Below, one piece after another: positions 29,500 to 37,499 of a stretch of 64,000 nt of DNA. The stretch is taken from assembly GCA_045597865.1 (NCBI GenBank), contig JAZLKX010000046.1, forward strand, positions 1-64,000, in the 5' to 3' direction. Made by a program: the position numbers and the translations under genes. Below the pieces are notes generated by a model. It was not told where the DNA came from, did not search any database, and was given only the letters and a program-made list of their open reading frames with translations. This DNA comes from Bacilli bacterium (GTDB taxonomy: Bacteria; Bacillota_I; Bacilli_A; RFN20; CAG-826). Each line of letters starts with the position of its first letter. Position 1 is the first letter of the stretch.

Positions 29500-30470
29500 T
29501 ATAATTGATAATTAGATTCTATAAAGTTGACCATAGCTGCGTTTTGAGGTAGTATGTTAGGTATCTCCATGCTATCACCTTTGTAAAGGTACGTAGCAAT
29601 GTTATACACGTCCCACATAGAGATATTACCATCACAAACACGTTTCTTCATAACACCTTCTGTAAAGATGTTAAGCTGAGTTTGAGAAAGAGGATAATTA
29701 GAACTGTTGTTTCTAATTTCCTTAATTCTTGTATCGTGTTGTACTCTAGCGCAATGAAGAAGTCCTAGCATTTGGATAAGTTCTTCGTCTGAAAGAAGTT
29801 TAGCCTTCCACGCTTCAATTCGTTTTCTTTCTGTTTCAAGGCTTTCTTCTAGTTTGTCGAACCAACCATCTACGATACCTACAATTTCCTTAGCAGTAGG
29901 GAAAGTATGTCTTTGACGGTCAGTAAATGGATAACCATCTGAATATGTAGCAAGGTAAAATTCCTTGTTACCAAGCATGCACTGATTATGACAAATGATT
30001 ACATTTGTGCCAAGACCAACTTGTATCCCTTTTTGATGGAAGGAAACAGCCAAATTAGTGGTATAATCTGGCGTATCATAATCTGTGATACGAATATTAG
30101 CATACACTCTTCTAAGAATATGTGCTTCTATGGCTTGTCTTCCATATTGCGACTCAATTTGTGGAAGAAGACTTACTCCAGGATTATTCTTGTCGCTATT
30201 GTTAGCAGCAAACAAATCAAAAATTTCAGTGTTCAATCCATGACGAGAAGCAGCTTCTTGTAATTGTTCAAGAAGTTCAAAATTGTAAATACCTTTCAAT
30301 GGATTACCATTAACATCGTCCTCTTTGTGAGTCTTTGCTAACTGTTCCAATGTTAATACTTGCACTTTTTCCTTGTCGAAATCAAGGAATTTAGCTGAGT
30401 TAAAACTTTTCTTTTCTGCTACTTTTTGGATATTAACTTGAGGTTTGTTATTAAGTTTTACTAGTTCCAT
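29499..30470 (-). CDS. DUF932-like protein
   Basis: VSFHQKGIQVGLG.NVIICHNQCML and WDVYN.AT motifs. Confidence 0.7.
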   Translation of the reverse strand: MELVKLNNKPQVNIQKVAEKKSFNSAKFLDFDKEKVQVLTLEQLAKTHKEDDVNGNPLKGIYNFELLEQLQEAASRHGLNTEIFDLFAANNSDKNNPGVSLLPQIESQYGRQAIEAHILRRVYANIRITDYDTPDYTTNLAVSFHQKGIQVGLGTNVIICHNQCMLGNKEFYLATYSDGYPFTDRQRHTFPTAKEIVGIVDGWFDKLEESLETERKRIEAWKAKLLSDEELIQMLGLLHCARVQHDTRIKEIRNNSSNYPLSQTQLNIFTEGVMKKRVCDGNISMWDVYNIATYLYKGDSMEIPNILPQNAAMVNFIESNYQL

Positions 30471-30502
30471 GATATTAATTTTTTAAATGTTTTAATACTA
30501 AT

Positions 30503-30721
30503 TTATTGTAGAATAGTAGTCATTTCGGCTATATATTCTAATACCTCTGCTCTATTTCTAAAGCAGTAGGGTTTTAATACTCTATGTTCTTTGCCTGCAA
30601 GGTCTAGAACATAGTACTCCATTACACCTAGTGGAGTATAGTCTTCTTCGAGAGCAATCAATTTGCCTTTTTTTAATTGATTGTCTTGAAAGAAGAATAT
30701 GCTATCGTTTACTTTTGGCAT
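30503..30721 (-). CDS. Hypothetical SH3-like protein
   Basis: ORF chain. Confidence 0.55.
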   Translation of the reverse strand: MPKVNDSIFFFQDNQLKKGKLIALEEDYTPLGVMEYYVLDLAGKEHRVLKPYCFRNRAEVLEYIAEMTTILQ

Positions 30722-30951
30722 ATTTCTCTTATTTTTTTTAGAATTTTGGGAAATTCTATTTTGTGATTAGAACTGAAAATAAAATCTTCCATTAGAAGAA
30801 TTTTATTATTACAGAATATTATTACATTTATAGCATACCAATCCTTTTCATTTTCAGGACCATGAGTATTTATATGTATTCTGTACTTATAGGAATACTC
30901 TAGTTGTAATCCTTGAAGTTTTTTTAATATTCTTTTAAATAAACTTTTCAT
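30709..30951 (-). CDS. Hypothetical protein
   Basis: ORF chain. Confidence 0.5.
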   Translation of the reverse strand: MKSLFKRILKKLQGLQLEYSYKYRIHINTHGPENEKDWYAINVIIFCNNKILLMEDFIFSSNHKIEFPKILKKIREICQK

Positions 30952-30952
30952 T

Positions 30953-31306
30953 TTAGATTTTTTTTATAGTGTTAATAAAAGCTCTAAGAGCATTGAAGTT
31001 GTCTAAGCCATAAAATACTTCGGCTTCGACCATATCGCCTTCCTTGAAGTCTTTTTCGTGACCAAGAAGACGCTTTTTAGAGATGGAAATGGGAATTACT
31101 GAATTAGCTAGACAAGAATTTGCTAGCTGAGGTTTAGCATTTGAAAAATCATTCTTCACGACTATGTAATAACATAAATCGTAGAAAAATTCCTTAATGC
31201 CTGCTATTTCTCCCACTATTTTATGAGCAGGAGTTGCTTTTTCAATCTCTGTTTTTTGTACATTTACTAACAGAGATTGATTGTTTAACATTTTATTTAG
31301 AAGCAT
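30953..31306 (-). CDS. Hypothetical protein, possible OB fold
   Basis: FKEGDMVEAEVF strand pattern; lies near ERF. Confidence 0.5.
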   Translation of the reverse strand: MLLNKMLNNQSLLVNVQKTEIEKATPAHKIVGEIAGIKEFFYDLCYYIVVKNDFSNAKPQLANSCLANSVIPISISKKRLLGHEKDFKEGDMVEAEVFYGLDNFNALRAFINTIKKI

Positions 31307-31475
31307 GACAAAATTTATTTAATTTTTTATCATACAAAAAGCAATTTGGATAATTTACTTCTTCATTTTCATTTGAAGTTTGGTAAACTATTTCACCTTC
31401 GTTATTGAAGATGATAAATCTTTCTGTATGATTTGGGATAAAGATTTTCCCATTAATTGATATAACTTTTTTCAT
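31293..31475 (-). CDS. Hypothetical protein
   Basis: ORF chain. Confidence 0.5.
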   Translation of the reverse strand: MKKVISINGKIFIPNHTERFIIFNNEGEIVYQTSNENEEVNYPNCFLYDKKLNKFCHASK

Positions 31476-31525
31476 TTTTTTATTTTTTTTGATTGTTAAA
31501 AAAAGGCGCAGAAATGCGCCTATGA

Positions 31526-32116
31526 TTATTCAGGAAGTGAATTCCCTAATGCTATAATAGCATTTTTTAATTCACTTTTTAGAGTAGTATTTAATTTTGA
31601 ATAAAGTGTTTTTAACTCTGCTTTATTCTTTGCTGTATTAGCAAGCCTTTCATAAGCTTGTTCAGCCGTCTCAGGCACAAGCTCATGTGATTCTTTGTCA
31701 GGATCAGCTTGTTTCATCTCTTCTGTTGGTATCATAAATAATTGGAATAAAGCATATTTTAAAGCTATACTCATAGCTTTATTGCTTGCCTTATCACCAC
31801 TATCCATTCCTTCACCTAATGTTATAACAGAGATATTTGAACCATCTTCTGCATAGAAAGTGAATTTTATTTTCAATAAAGAATAATTAATTACACTTCC
31901 TTTGCTATTAGTTCTTTCATATCTTTGCTGTTCCAATACTTCAGGAGCAACGAATAGCTTATGACACTTCATAGCTGGATTTAACTCGTTCATTACATCG
32001 TCGATGCCTCTAAACATAAATCCTTGCGATTGGTTTTTAGAATTTTTACCAATCGCTGAAACATCTTGCATAACAGCATTAATTGTTTCGAAAATATTTT
32101 TTAATTCTTTTGCCAT
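31526..32116 (-). CDS. ERF-family ssDNA annealing protein
   Basis: IGKNSKN..QGFMFRGIDDV and GEGMDSGDKASNKAMSIALKYAL. Confidence 0.9.
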   Translation of the reverse strand: MAKELKNIFETINAVMQDVSAIGKNSKNQSQGFMFRGIDDVMNELNPAMKCHKLFVAPEVLEQQRYERTNSKGSVINYSLLKIKFTFYAEDGSNISVITLGEGMDSGDKASNKAMSIALKYALFQLFMIPTEEMKQADPDKESHELVPETAEQAYERLANTAKNKAELKTLYSKLNTTLKSELKNAIIALGNSLPE

Positions 32117-32511
32117 TGTGATAAAAATTTTGATTTCTCTAACTCGGTTATAATATTATCATTGGTTAGAATATCTTTGTTTTCTTCTAACCAATCCCAA
32201 GACTTTAGAGAGGGAGTTAGACTATCACACTCTTGGGTGTGCAATAGTATTTTTTTCTCTTTGAAAGATGTTTGTCCTTTTATTTGATATTCTATTTTAG
32301 AAATAAAATAGAAGTTTGCTTTATAGACATAATGACTATCAACTTCAAAGTTTTGATAATCAATTTTATCTACAATCTCTTCTTCTACTATTTCTGTTTT
32401 TATGCCGTATTTGGCATAATTAGAATACCTTTTACAAACCCTTTTTGTAGGTTTGTATTTCTTAAATTCTCCAAACATCTTCCATTTTGTGTTAATATTT
32501 TTCATATACAA
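32101..32511 (-). CDS. Hypothetical protein
   Basis: First ORF after the promoter at ~32510; start uncertain. Confidence 0.55.
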   Translation of the reverse strand: MYMKNINTKWKMFGEFKKYKPTKRVCKRYSNYAKYGIKTEIVEEEIVDKIDYQNFEVDSHYVYKANFYFISKIEYQIKGQTSFKEKKILLHTQECDSLTPSLKSWDWLEENKDILTNDNIITELEKSKFLSQWQKN

Positions 32512-32540
32512 AGATACAAAATATGTTTATTAAACACAAA
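32509..32540 (-). promoter_or_regulatory. Leftward promoter with palindromic operator
   Basis: TATCTTTG -7 box; TGTTTATTAAACAC at 32524-37. Confidence 0.7.
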
Positions 32541-32556
32541 GAAAATACAAAAAAAA

Positions 32557-32793
32557 TTACATTTTAATTTTCTTTAGTTGACCTAATGTTAGGTCATCAA
32601 TAGATTTTACCAAATCTTTTTCGTAAAACATTTGGCAGCTTCTTTCTTTATTTTGGACGTTGTAATGTACAAAGGTCTCTTTGTCGTTTACAATCATCAT
32701 TACTGATGCAATTTTGCCTGTGTAAAGTTGATTACCTAGTACTGCCATTACTTTGTCACCAATATTAAATTTCAATTTTCTTTTGATTTCCAT
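32557..32793 (-). CDS. Small SH3/KOW-like protein
   Basis: KFNIGDKV...GKI pattern. Confidence 0.6.
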   Translation of the reverse strand: MEIKRKLKFNIGDKVMAVLGNQLYTGKIASVMMIVNDKETFVHYNVQNKERSCQMFYEKDLVKSIDDLTLGQLKKIKM

Positions 32794-32799
32794 TTTTTT

Positions 32800-34077
32800 T
32801 TAAGGTTCAACAAAATATTCTTTATAATTTGTTAGACTAGCGTCAATCCAAACATTTTTCTTGTTAATTGGATTGGCTAGTTTCAATCCTTCAAGACTTT
32901 TACATCTTGACAAACCAACATAAGTTTGTCCTGGAGCAAAAGCAGCAGGATTTAAGAATACTTTATCAAGGGTTAACCCCTGACTTTTGTGTATTGTAAT
33001 AGCCCAAGCCAACTTTACGGGAATTTGTTTAAAACTCCCTATTGTTTCTTGGACTCTTGCTTTTTTCTTGGTCTTATATTGAATTTTAGACCAAGTTTCG
33101 TAACCTAGATTATAATCCTTTCCATTTTCTGCTTTAATGGTAATAGCATCATCTTCTAGGCTTGTAACTAATCCTATTAATCCATTGTAATAAGACTTCC
33201 CATAAAGATCTTCGCCATTTTTGCATATCATTACTTTGGCATTGACTTTTAAATGGAGTTTCTCATCAGTTGGATATTCAGATTCAAGGAATTTGCCACT
33301 TACTTCTGCTAAATATATCTTTTCCTCAGAGTCCAATTTCTGTAACTCTTTGTCATTGATATATTTAGCCCCTTTAAATGGCATATCCTTGTAAGGGGTT
33401 AGAATGGTATATGAATTATCCCATTCCCTTGATACACGACCATTAAGGATTTCTTGGTCGGTATCTGTTAGTGTTCCATTTCTAATATTATTAAGGATAT
33501 TCACGAATGTTATATCTTTCTGACGATAAACTTCGTCTAATTCTACTATATAACATTCAATTCCTGATAATTTTAAAGCATCTAAAAAATAATAACCACA
33601 CTTAGGATAAATGTCTTCTAAGGCAGCTTTGTCGCTAGAGGTAACGACAGGTGGTAGTTGAAATAAATCTCCAATTAGAAGTAATTGGACACCACCGAAA
33701 GGAAGTTTGTTGCCTTTTATGTCCTGAAGAAACTCATGGACACAGAATAGTACATCTATCCTAGTCATACTTATTTCGTCAATAATTAATAACTCTAAAT
33801 TCTTTAAAGACATGAATGTTTCCGTCATATAAACATTGTAAGACTTTGACGGATTATAAACTTCTCTTGGTATTTGGAACGTAGAATGTATGGTTGCACC
33901 ACCACAATTTATGGCAGCAATGCCAGTGGGAGCGCATACATAGTAGATTACTCCTAAATCATTTAATTTTTCTTTTAATTGATTCAGTAAATAAGTTTTA
34001 CCTGTTCCTGCTTTTCCTGTGAGAAATAAATTCTTTTTCTTTAAAATTAAATCAAATGCTAATTCTTGCTTTGTCAT
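32800..34077 (-). CDS. PIF1/RecD-like SF1B helicase
   Basis: GKAGTGKT, APTGIAA, IIDEISM, GDLFQLPPV, AITIHKSQG, YVGLSR. Confidence 0.95.
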   Translation of the reverse strand: MTKQELAFDLILKKKNLFLTGKAGTGKTYLLNQLKEKLNDLGVIYYVCAPTGIAAINCGGATIHSTFQIPREVYNPSKSYNVYMTETFMSLKNLELLIIDEISMTRIDVLFCVHEFLQDIKGNKLPFGGVQLLLIGDLFQLPPVVTSSDKAALEDIYPKCGYYFLDALKLSGIECYIVELDEVYRQKDITFVNILNNIRNGTLTDTDQEILNGRVSREWDNSYTILTPYKDMPFKGAKYINDKELQKLDSEEKIYLAEVSGKFLESEYPTDEKLHLKVNAKVMICKNGEDLYGKSYYNGLIGLVTSLEDDAITIKAENGKDYNLGYETWSKIQYKTKKKARVQETIGSFKQIPVKLAWAITIHKSQGLTLDKVFLNPAAFAPGQTYVGLSRCKSLEGLKLANPINKKNVWIDASLTNYKEYFVEP

Positions 34078-35087
34078 CTCTTCTTTCTAAAATCTACATT
34101 ATCTTCAATTACATAGTAATTGAGTTCACAGATGCGAGAGAAAAATCTTTCACCATATCTTTCTCTAATCTCGTCCATAGACAAGTTAGTTGTGATGATG
34201 GTATAGAACTTTCCTTCTGAGCGATATTGAATAATATCCTCAATCGCCTGTGAATGATGCTTATATTTATTCGTTTTGGTCTCAGCACCTAGATCATCAA
34301 TAAATAGTATTGGAACATTCTTTAATCTATTAATAAAACTACCTTTATCTTTAAAGTCATCTTCATAGTCAGCATTAACTATGTCGATTGCGGTAGTATT
34401 GTCGTTCCAATGAAAATTCCACAATTTCCCTAAAAACTCAAATGGTATAATTGGTTTTGTAGAGTAATGCTGTTGGTAAGTTAGGCTATTGACAGCCTTT
34501 ATAAGAGAAGTCTTACCTACTCCACAATTTCCATACACTAATATTCCCTTGTTTAGATTACCTACTACTTTAGATTTATCAGTAGGGTCAAGAGATAGGA
34601 AGGTGTATGTTTTATCACCAATAGTTTTTGAAGAGCAATAAAAAAACCACAAGATTAGATTATGTATAAAAAATTTCGTAGTTGGACCTAAGTCCTTGAA
34701 AGAAATTTCTTTTCCATAATTATTTTTATAAAATCGGTTAATTGAATTTAAAACTTTTTCGTAGTTAAATTCTGTCTCCGATCTGTAAAAATCTTTATAG
34801 TTTTTATTCGTAGTTAAATTTAATTTTTCAAAATAACCTACTCTATCTGTGCCTTTTAATGCAAGATAGTCATTCATAGGATTATTCTGAAAGCAAAATT
34901 GCATCTCGAATAATGCTCTTTCTTTCGGAGTCAATTTCTTTTTATAATCCTCTTTTAACCTATCAAATTCTAGGTTATAGAGTCTTATATATTCATCTTT
35001 ATTCGTAGATGAATTAAAATGCTCCGCAATTTTTTTTCGTTTTTGGAAATCGTTTTGGGCATCTAAATTTATTTTTTTGATTTCCAT
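34074..35087 (-). CDS. DnaC/IstB-like AAA+ ATPase (helicase loader)
   Basis: GNCGVGKT, LFIDDLGAE, TIITTNL...YGERFFSR. Confidence 0.85.
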   Translation of the reverse strand: MEIKKINLDAQNDFQKRKKIAEHFNSSTNKDEYIRLYNLEFDRLKEDYKKKLTPKERALFEMQFCFQNNPMNDYLALKGTDRVGYFEKLNLTTNKNYKDFYRSETEFNYEKVLNSINRFYKNNYGKEISFKDLGPTTKFFIHNLILWFFYCSSKTIGDKTYTFLSLDPTDKSKVVGNLNKGILVYGNCGVGKTSLIKAVNSLTYQQHYSTKPIIPFEFLGKLWNFHWNDNTTAIDIVNADYEDDFKDKGSFINRLKNVPILFIDDLGAETKTNKYKHHSQAIEDIIQYRSEGKFYTIITTNLSMDEIRERYGERFFSRICELNYYVIEDNVDFRKKR

Positions 35088-35105
35088 TTATAAATAAATT
35101 TTCAA

Positions 35106-35138
35106 TAAAAAGCTACGAACAATAGTTATTCGTAGCTA
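35106..35138 (-). terminator. Intrinsic terminator ending the ncRNA-rich leader
   Basis: AGCTACGAA-N9-TTCGTAGCT-TTTT on the - strand. Confidence 0.75.
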
Positions 35139-35335
35139 AAATAAGTCCTTGAATAAAAACAAGCTCTGTCTGCTAACAGATTTAATCACCAGCATTAGGT
35201 GAACTTGTGGGACTATAAAATCTAAGACCACTATCTTACAGTGGGAGATTTCTCTCTTTTTTATTCGCCTCTCACAATCATATATACTTTCCACCTGCAA
35301 TGCCAGTACTCGTAGTGAGGTTCTATTATGATTGA

Positions 35336-35521
35336 TTATTTCCCCATCAATCGAGGGTCGATAGGGTTATTTCTATAAGTGAAATAACCGTAGTCATACC
35401 ATGTTTTTTCTTGGTATGACCATTCCTCTCTATAATGCTCCATTGGAACATTCAAAGAGGAATTATCATTATCTCTCTTGGCATCTTCCCAGCCAAGAGA
35501 GAACAATTCCCATGATAACAT
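35336..35521 (-). CDS. 61-aa hypothetical protein
   Basis: ATG 35521 after an A/T-rich leader; MLSWELFSLGWEDA...WYDYGY. Confidence 0.55.
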   Translation of the reverse strand: MLSWELFSLGWEDAKRDNDNSSLNVPMEHYREEWSYQEKTWYDYGYFTYRNNPIDPRLMGK

Positions 35522-35708
35522 ATTAATTTTGAATTTCAGCTTTATTGACAATATTGTCTTACCACCAGCTGTAGGTTTGCTCAATTTCGGTAGAAGAGAC
35601 TTTATCTACCTAGAAAAACCAACACTATTTCTTAGTGGTTGCTACTATTCTTCACAACAAATGGTAAATCTTACTACAACATTTGTAGTTGTAGTCTTTT
35701 AATCCAAG

Positions 35709-35771
35709 TGCCATAATCAAGAATCGAACTTGATTATCCTGCTTATTACAGGATAGTTACCAAACTATGGC
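35709..35771 (-). ncRNA. tRNA-like RNA lacking a D stem
   Basis: GCCATAG/TTATGGC acceptor, TATCCTG-TAATAAG-CAGGATA arm, TCAAG-TTCGATT-CTTGA T arm. Confidence 0.65.
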
Positions 35772-36043
35772 GTGTCAATTTTGGTTTTTTATGTAGGCAG
35801 ATTTGAAACTGCTCTAACCAATGTATTTCCCCCATTGGCGTGGGTTTTGATGATTAGTACATGAAGTACCAAGTCATCATAAATAAAAAAGGAATAGTTC
35901 TAAACATATCCTTAATGTTTTAATACAGTCATTAACTTGACCCTGACTGCTTGGGTCATTTATAAATTGATTTGTTTTTTTATGTAGGCAGTTTACTCTG
36001 CACTAGATTTAATTATCCCAGTTTTCTCTGGTTAACTACCGAA

Positions 36044-36178
36044 TTATCGTCTTGCTCTTTTGATGAAACAAAGACAATCTTCATAAGAAGTGTATCTTCT
36101 TACTTGGATATTGTCCTCGTAAACAACAAATGAGTAGCCGTCAAACTCGATAGTAAATCTACCGTGTTGTTCGCTCAT
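36044..36178 (-). CDS. 44-aa micro-ORF
   Basis: MSEQHGRFTIEFDGYSFVVYEDNIQVRRYTSYEDCLCFIKRARR after an A-rich leader. Confidence 0.5.
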   Translation of the reverse strand: MSEQHGRFTIEFDGYSFVVYEDNIQVRRYTSYEDCLCFIKRARR

Positions 36179-36348
36179 TTTTTAGCTTTTTAACACGTTA
36201 CTGCCACTAATTTAATTCTATCATCTCTCTAGCAGTGAAAGAGATTTAGAATACCTATTTCTGTTGCCAACTCTATTTCCAAAGGCTTTCTTGGAGAGTC
36301 CGCTTCTACTCGGTTACTATAATTCACCTTTCGACATTGCATTAATCC

Positions 36349-36438
36349 TTATAGGAAAGGAAATACAATGATGACAGCATTTACGATGTAGTACACCGCT
36401 GCTGCTGTCATGCAGCCATAAAGAAGTTTTTCAAACAT
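36349..36438 (-). CDS. 29-aa hydrophobic peptide
   Basis: MFEKLLYGCMTAAAVYYIVNAVIIVFPFL. Confidence 0.5.
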   Translation of the reverse strand: MFEKLLYGCMTAAAVYYIVNAVIIVFPFL

Positions 36439-36516
36439 CTTTATTATTTTTAAAATTTCGATAGCATCTAAAACGTGAACTTATCGCACGAAAAAACTCA
36501 GCTATCACTAGTTTTT

Positions 36517-36577
36517 TTATCCCATCTGCATTTATAGAGGCTTTGGACTCTCACCATAAGGTGGCTGCATTAGATAT
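36517..36577 (-). ncRNA. Twister ribozyme (type P1)
   Basis: AUAUCU^AAUGCAGC-CACC/GGUG-AGAGUCCAAAGCCUCU-AUAAA-UGCAGAUGGGAUA: P2 UGCA/UGCA, T2 GC/GC, T1 UCCA/UGGG, matching the twister consensus as I recall it. Confidence 0.88.
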
Positions 36578-36600
36578 GTTTATTAAACACAAATGTACAG
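36577..36600 (-). promoter_or_regulatory. Leftward promoter with an operator over the start site
   Basis: TACATTTG at 36590-97; TGTTTATTAAACAC at 36577-90. Confidence 0.7.
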
Positions 36601-36664
36601 ATTTTTGTAGAACTACAAAAGTTTTGGTAAGAAATTTGTAGTTATTTCGTAATCTGATATTAAT

Positions 36665-37015
36665 GTGAATGAAAAAATGGAAAAAATATATTTCAAACAG
36701 TGGTATAGTGAACAATTTTATGAGCAATGCCTAAATATAATAGGTTATTTCCCACTGTTGCAATTAACGTTATTATATCGTAAAAACCCACAAATTGAAA
36801 TAATTAATAATATACTATATTTTAAAATCAATGAAGATGATTTATTAGAGCATATATACTATACAAATAGTATTGAAAATGGTAATTGCATTAAAATCAA
36901 TAACAATATTTATTTAAAGATTAATGAAACCTTTTTAATAAATCCTTGTGACGTAGTTTTTGTGTTAAAAAAGACAAAAAAAGGCATAGTTTTGGATTAT
37001 ATTATTCGTAGCTAA
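36665..37015 (+). CDS. Hypothetical protein, isolated on the + strand
   Basis: 116-aa ORF. Confidence 0.5.
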   Translation: MNEKMEKIYFKQWYSEQFYEQCLNIIGYFPLLQLTLLYRKNPQIEIINNILYFKINEDDLLEHIYYTNSIENGNCIKINNNIYLKINETFLINPCDVVFVLKKTKKGIVLDYIIRS

Positions 37016-37078
37016 TTCTTAATCTTTAAATAAAAAATCATCAATTATTTATACTCGCTGATGATGACGAGTCGCTGA

Positions 37079-37459
37079 TTATTTAGATAAACTTTTCAAA
37101 AGTTTTTCGTCTATATCAGCAATTACTTTGTTACCAACACAGAATTTAATTGTCTTGTCTTCTGAGTCTTTGTTTTTTTGGCAAACAATAAAAGAAACTA
37201 GATTTCTTTTTATGTCTTTTAGTTTGCTTGCCTTGTTTGTTGGCATAAAGGTTGCCAACAAATGTTTATCGTCTACATTTTTGACAGGAAGAAATATTTC
37301 CTCCTCCAACACGTTTTCGACTTCTTTTGAAATTAGTGCTCTAATAATTGAGCAACTAAATTTTTCATTAGTTTTTGAGTTTACACCTGAAAAAGGTATA
37401 ATCTCAAAATCTTTAATAAAAGATGTAACGTCTTGACAATATGCTTTACTTGTTATCAT
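37079..37459 (-). CDS. First leftward gene, possible crAss-type ssDNA-binding protein
   Basis: Position next to the divergence point and size; sequence similarity weak. Confidence 0.45.
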   Translation of the reverse strand: MITSKAYCQDVTSFIKDFEIIPFSGVNSKTNEKFSCSIIRALISKEVENVLEEEIFLPVKNVDDKHLLATFMPTNKASKLKDIKRNLVSFIVCQKNKDSEDKTIKFCVGNKVIADIDEKLLKSLSK

Positions 37460-37499
37460 AATAATAAAATTTTGAAGTTTATAATTAAGTTTTATGCTT

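Noticed and set aside
35255-35335. Possible HDV-like/theta ribozyme (GGCGAAU after a CCUCAC/GUGAG pairing)
   Set aside because: I could not build a consistent P1/P1.1/P2/P3 nested pseudoknot.
35126-37015. 14-bp direct repeat TTATTCGTAGCTAA bracketing the ncRNA cluster
   Set aside because: Could be an insertion scar, but one copy is a terminator arm and the other a gene end. A 14-mer match is plausible by chance in such AT-rich DNA.
37050-37078. Hammerhead core CTGATGA on the + strand
   Set aside because: No stem II-GAAA partner; the - strand pseudoknot explains the sequence better.
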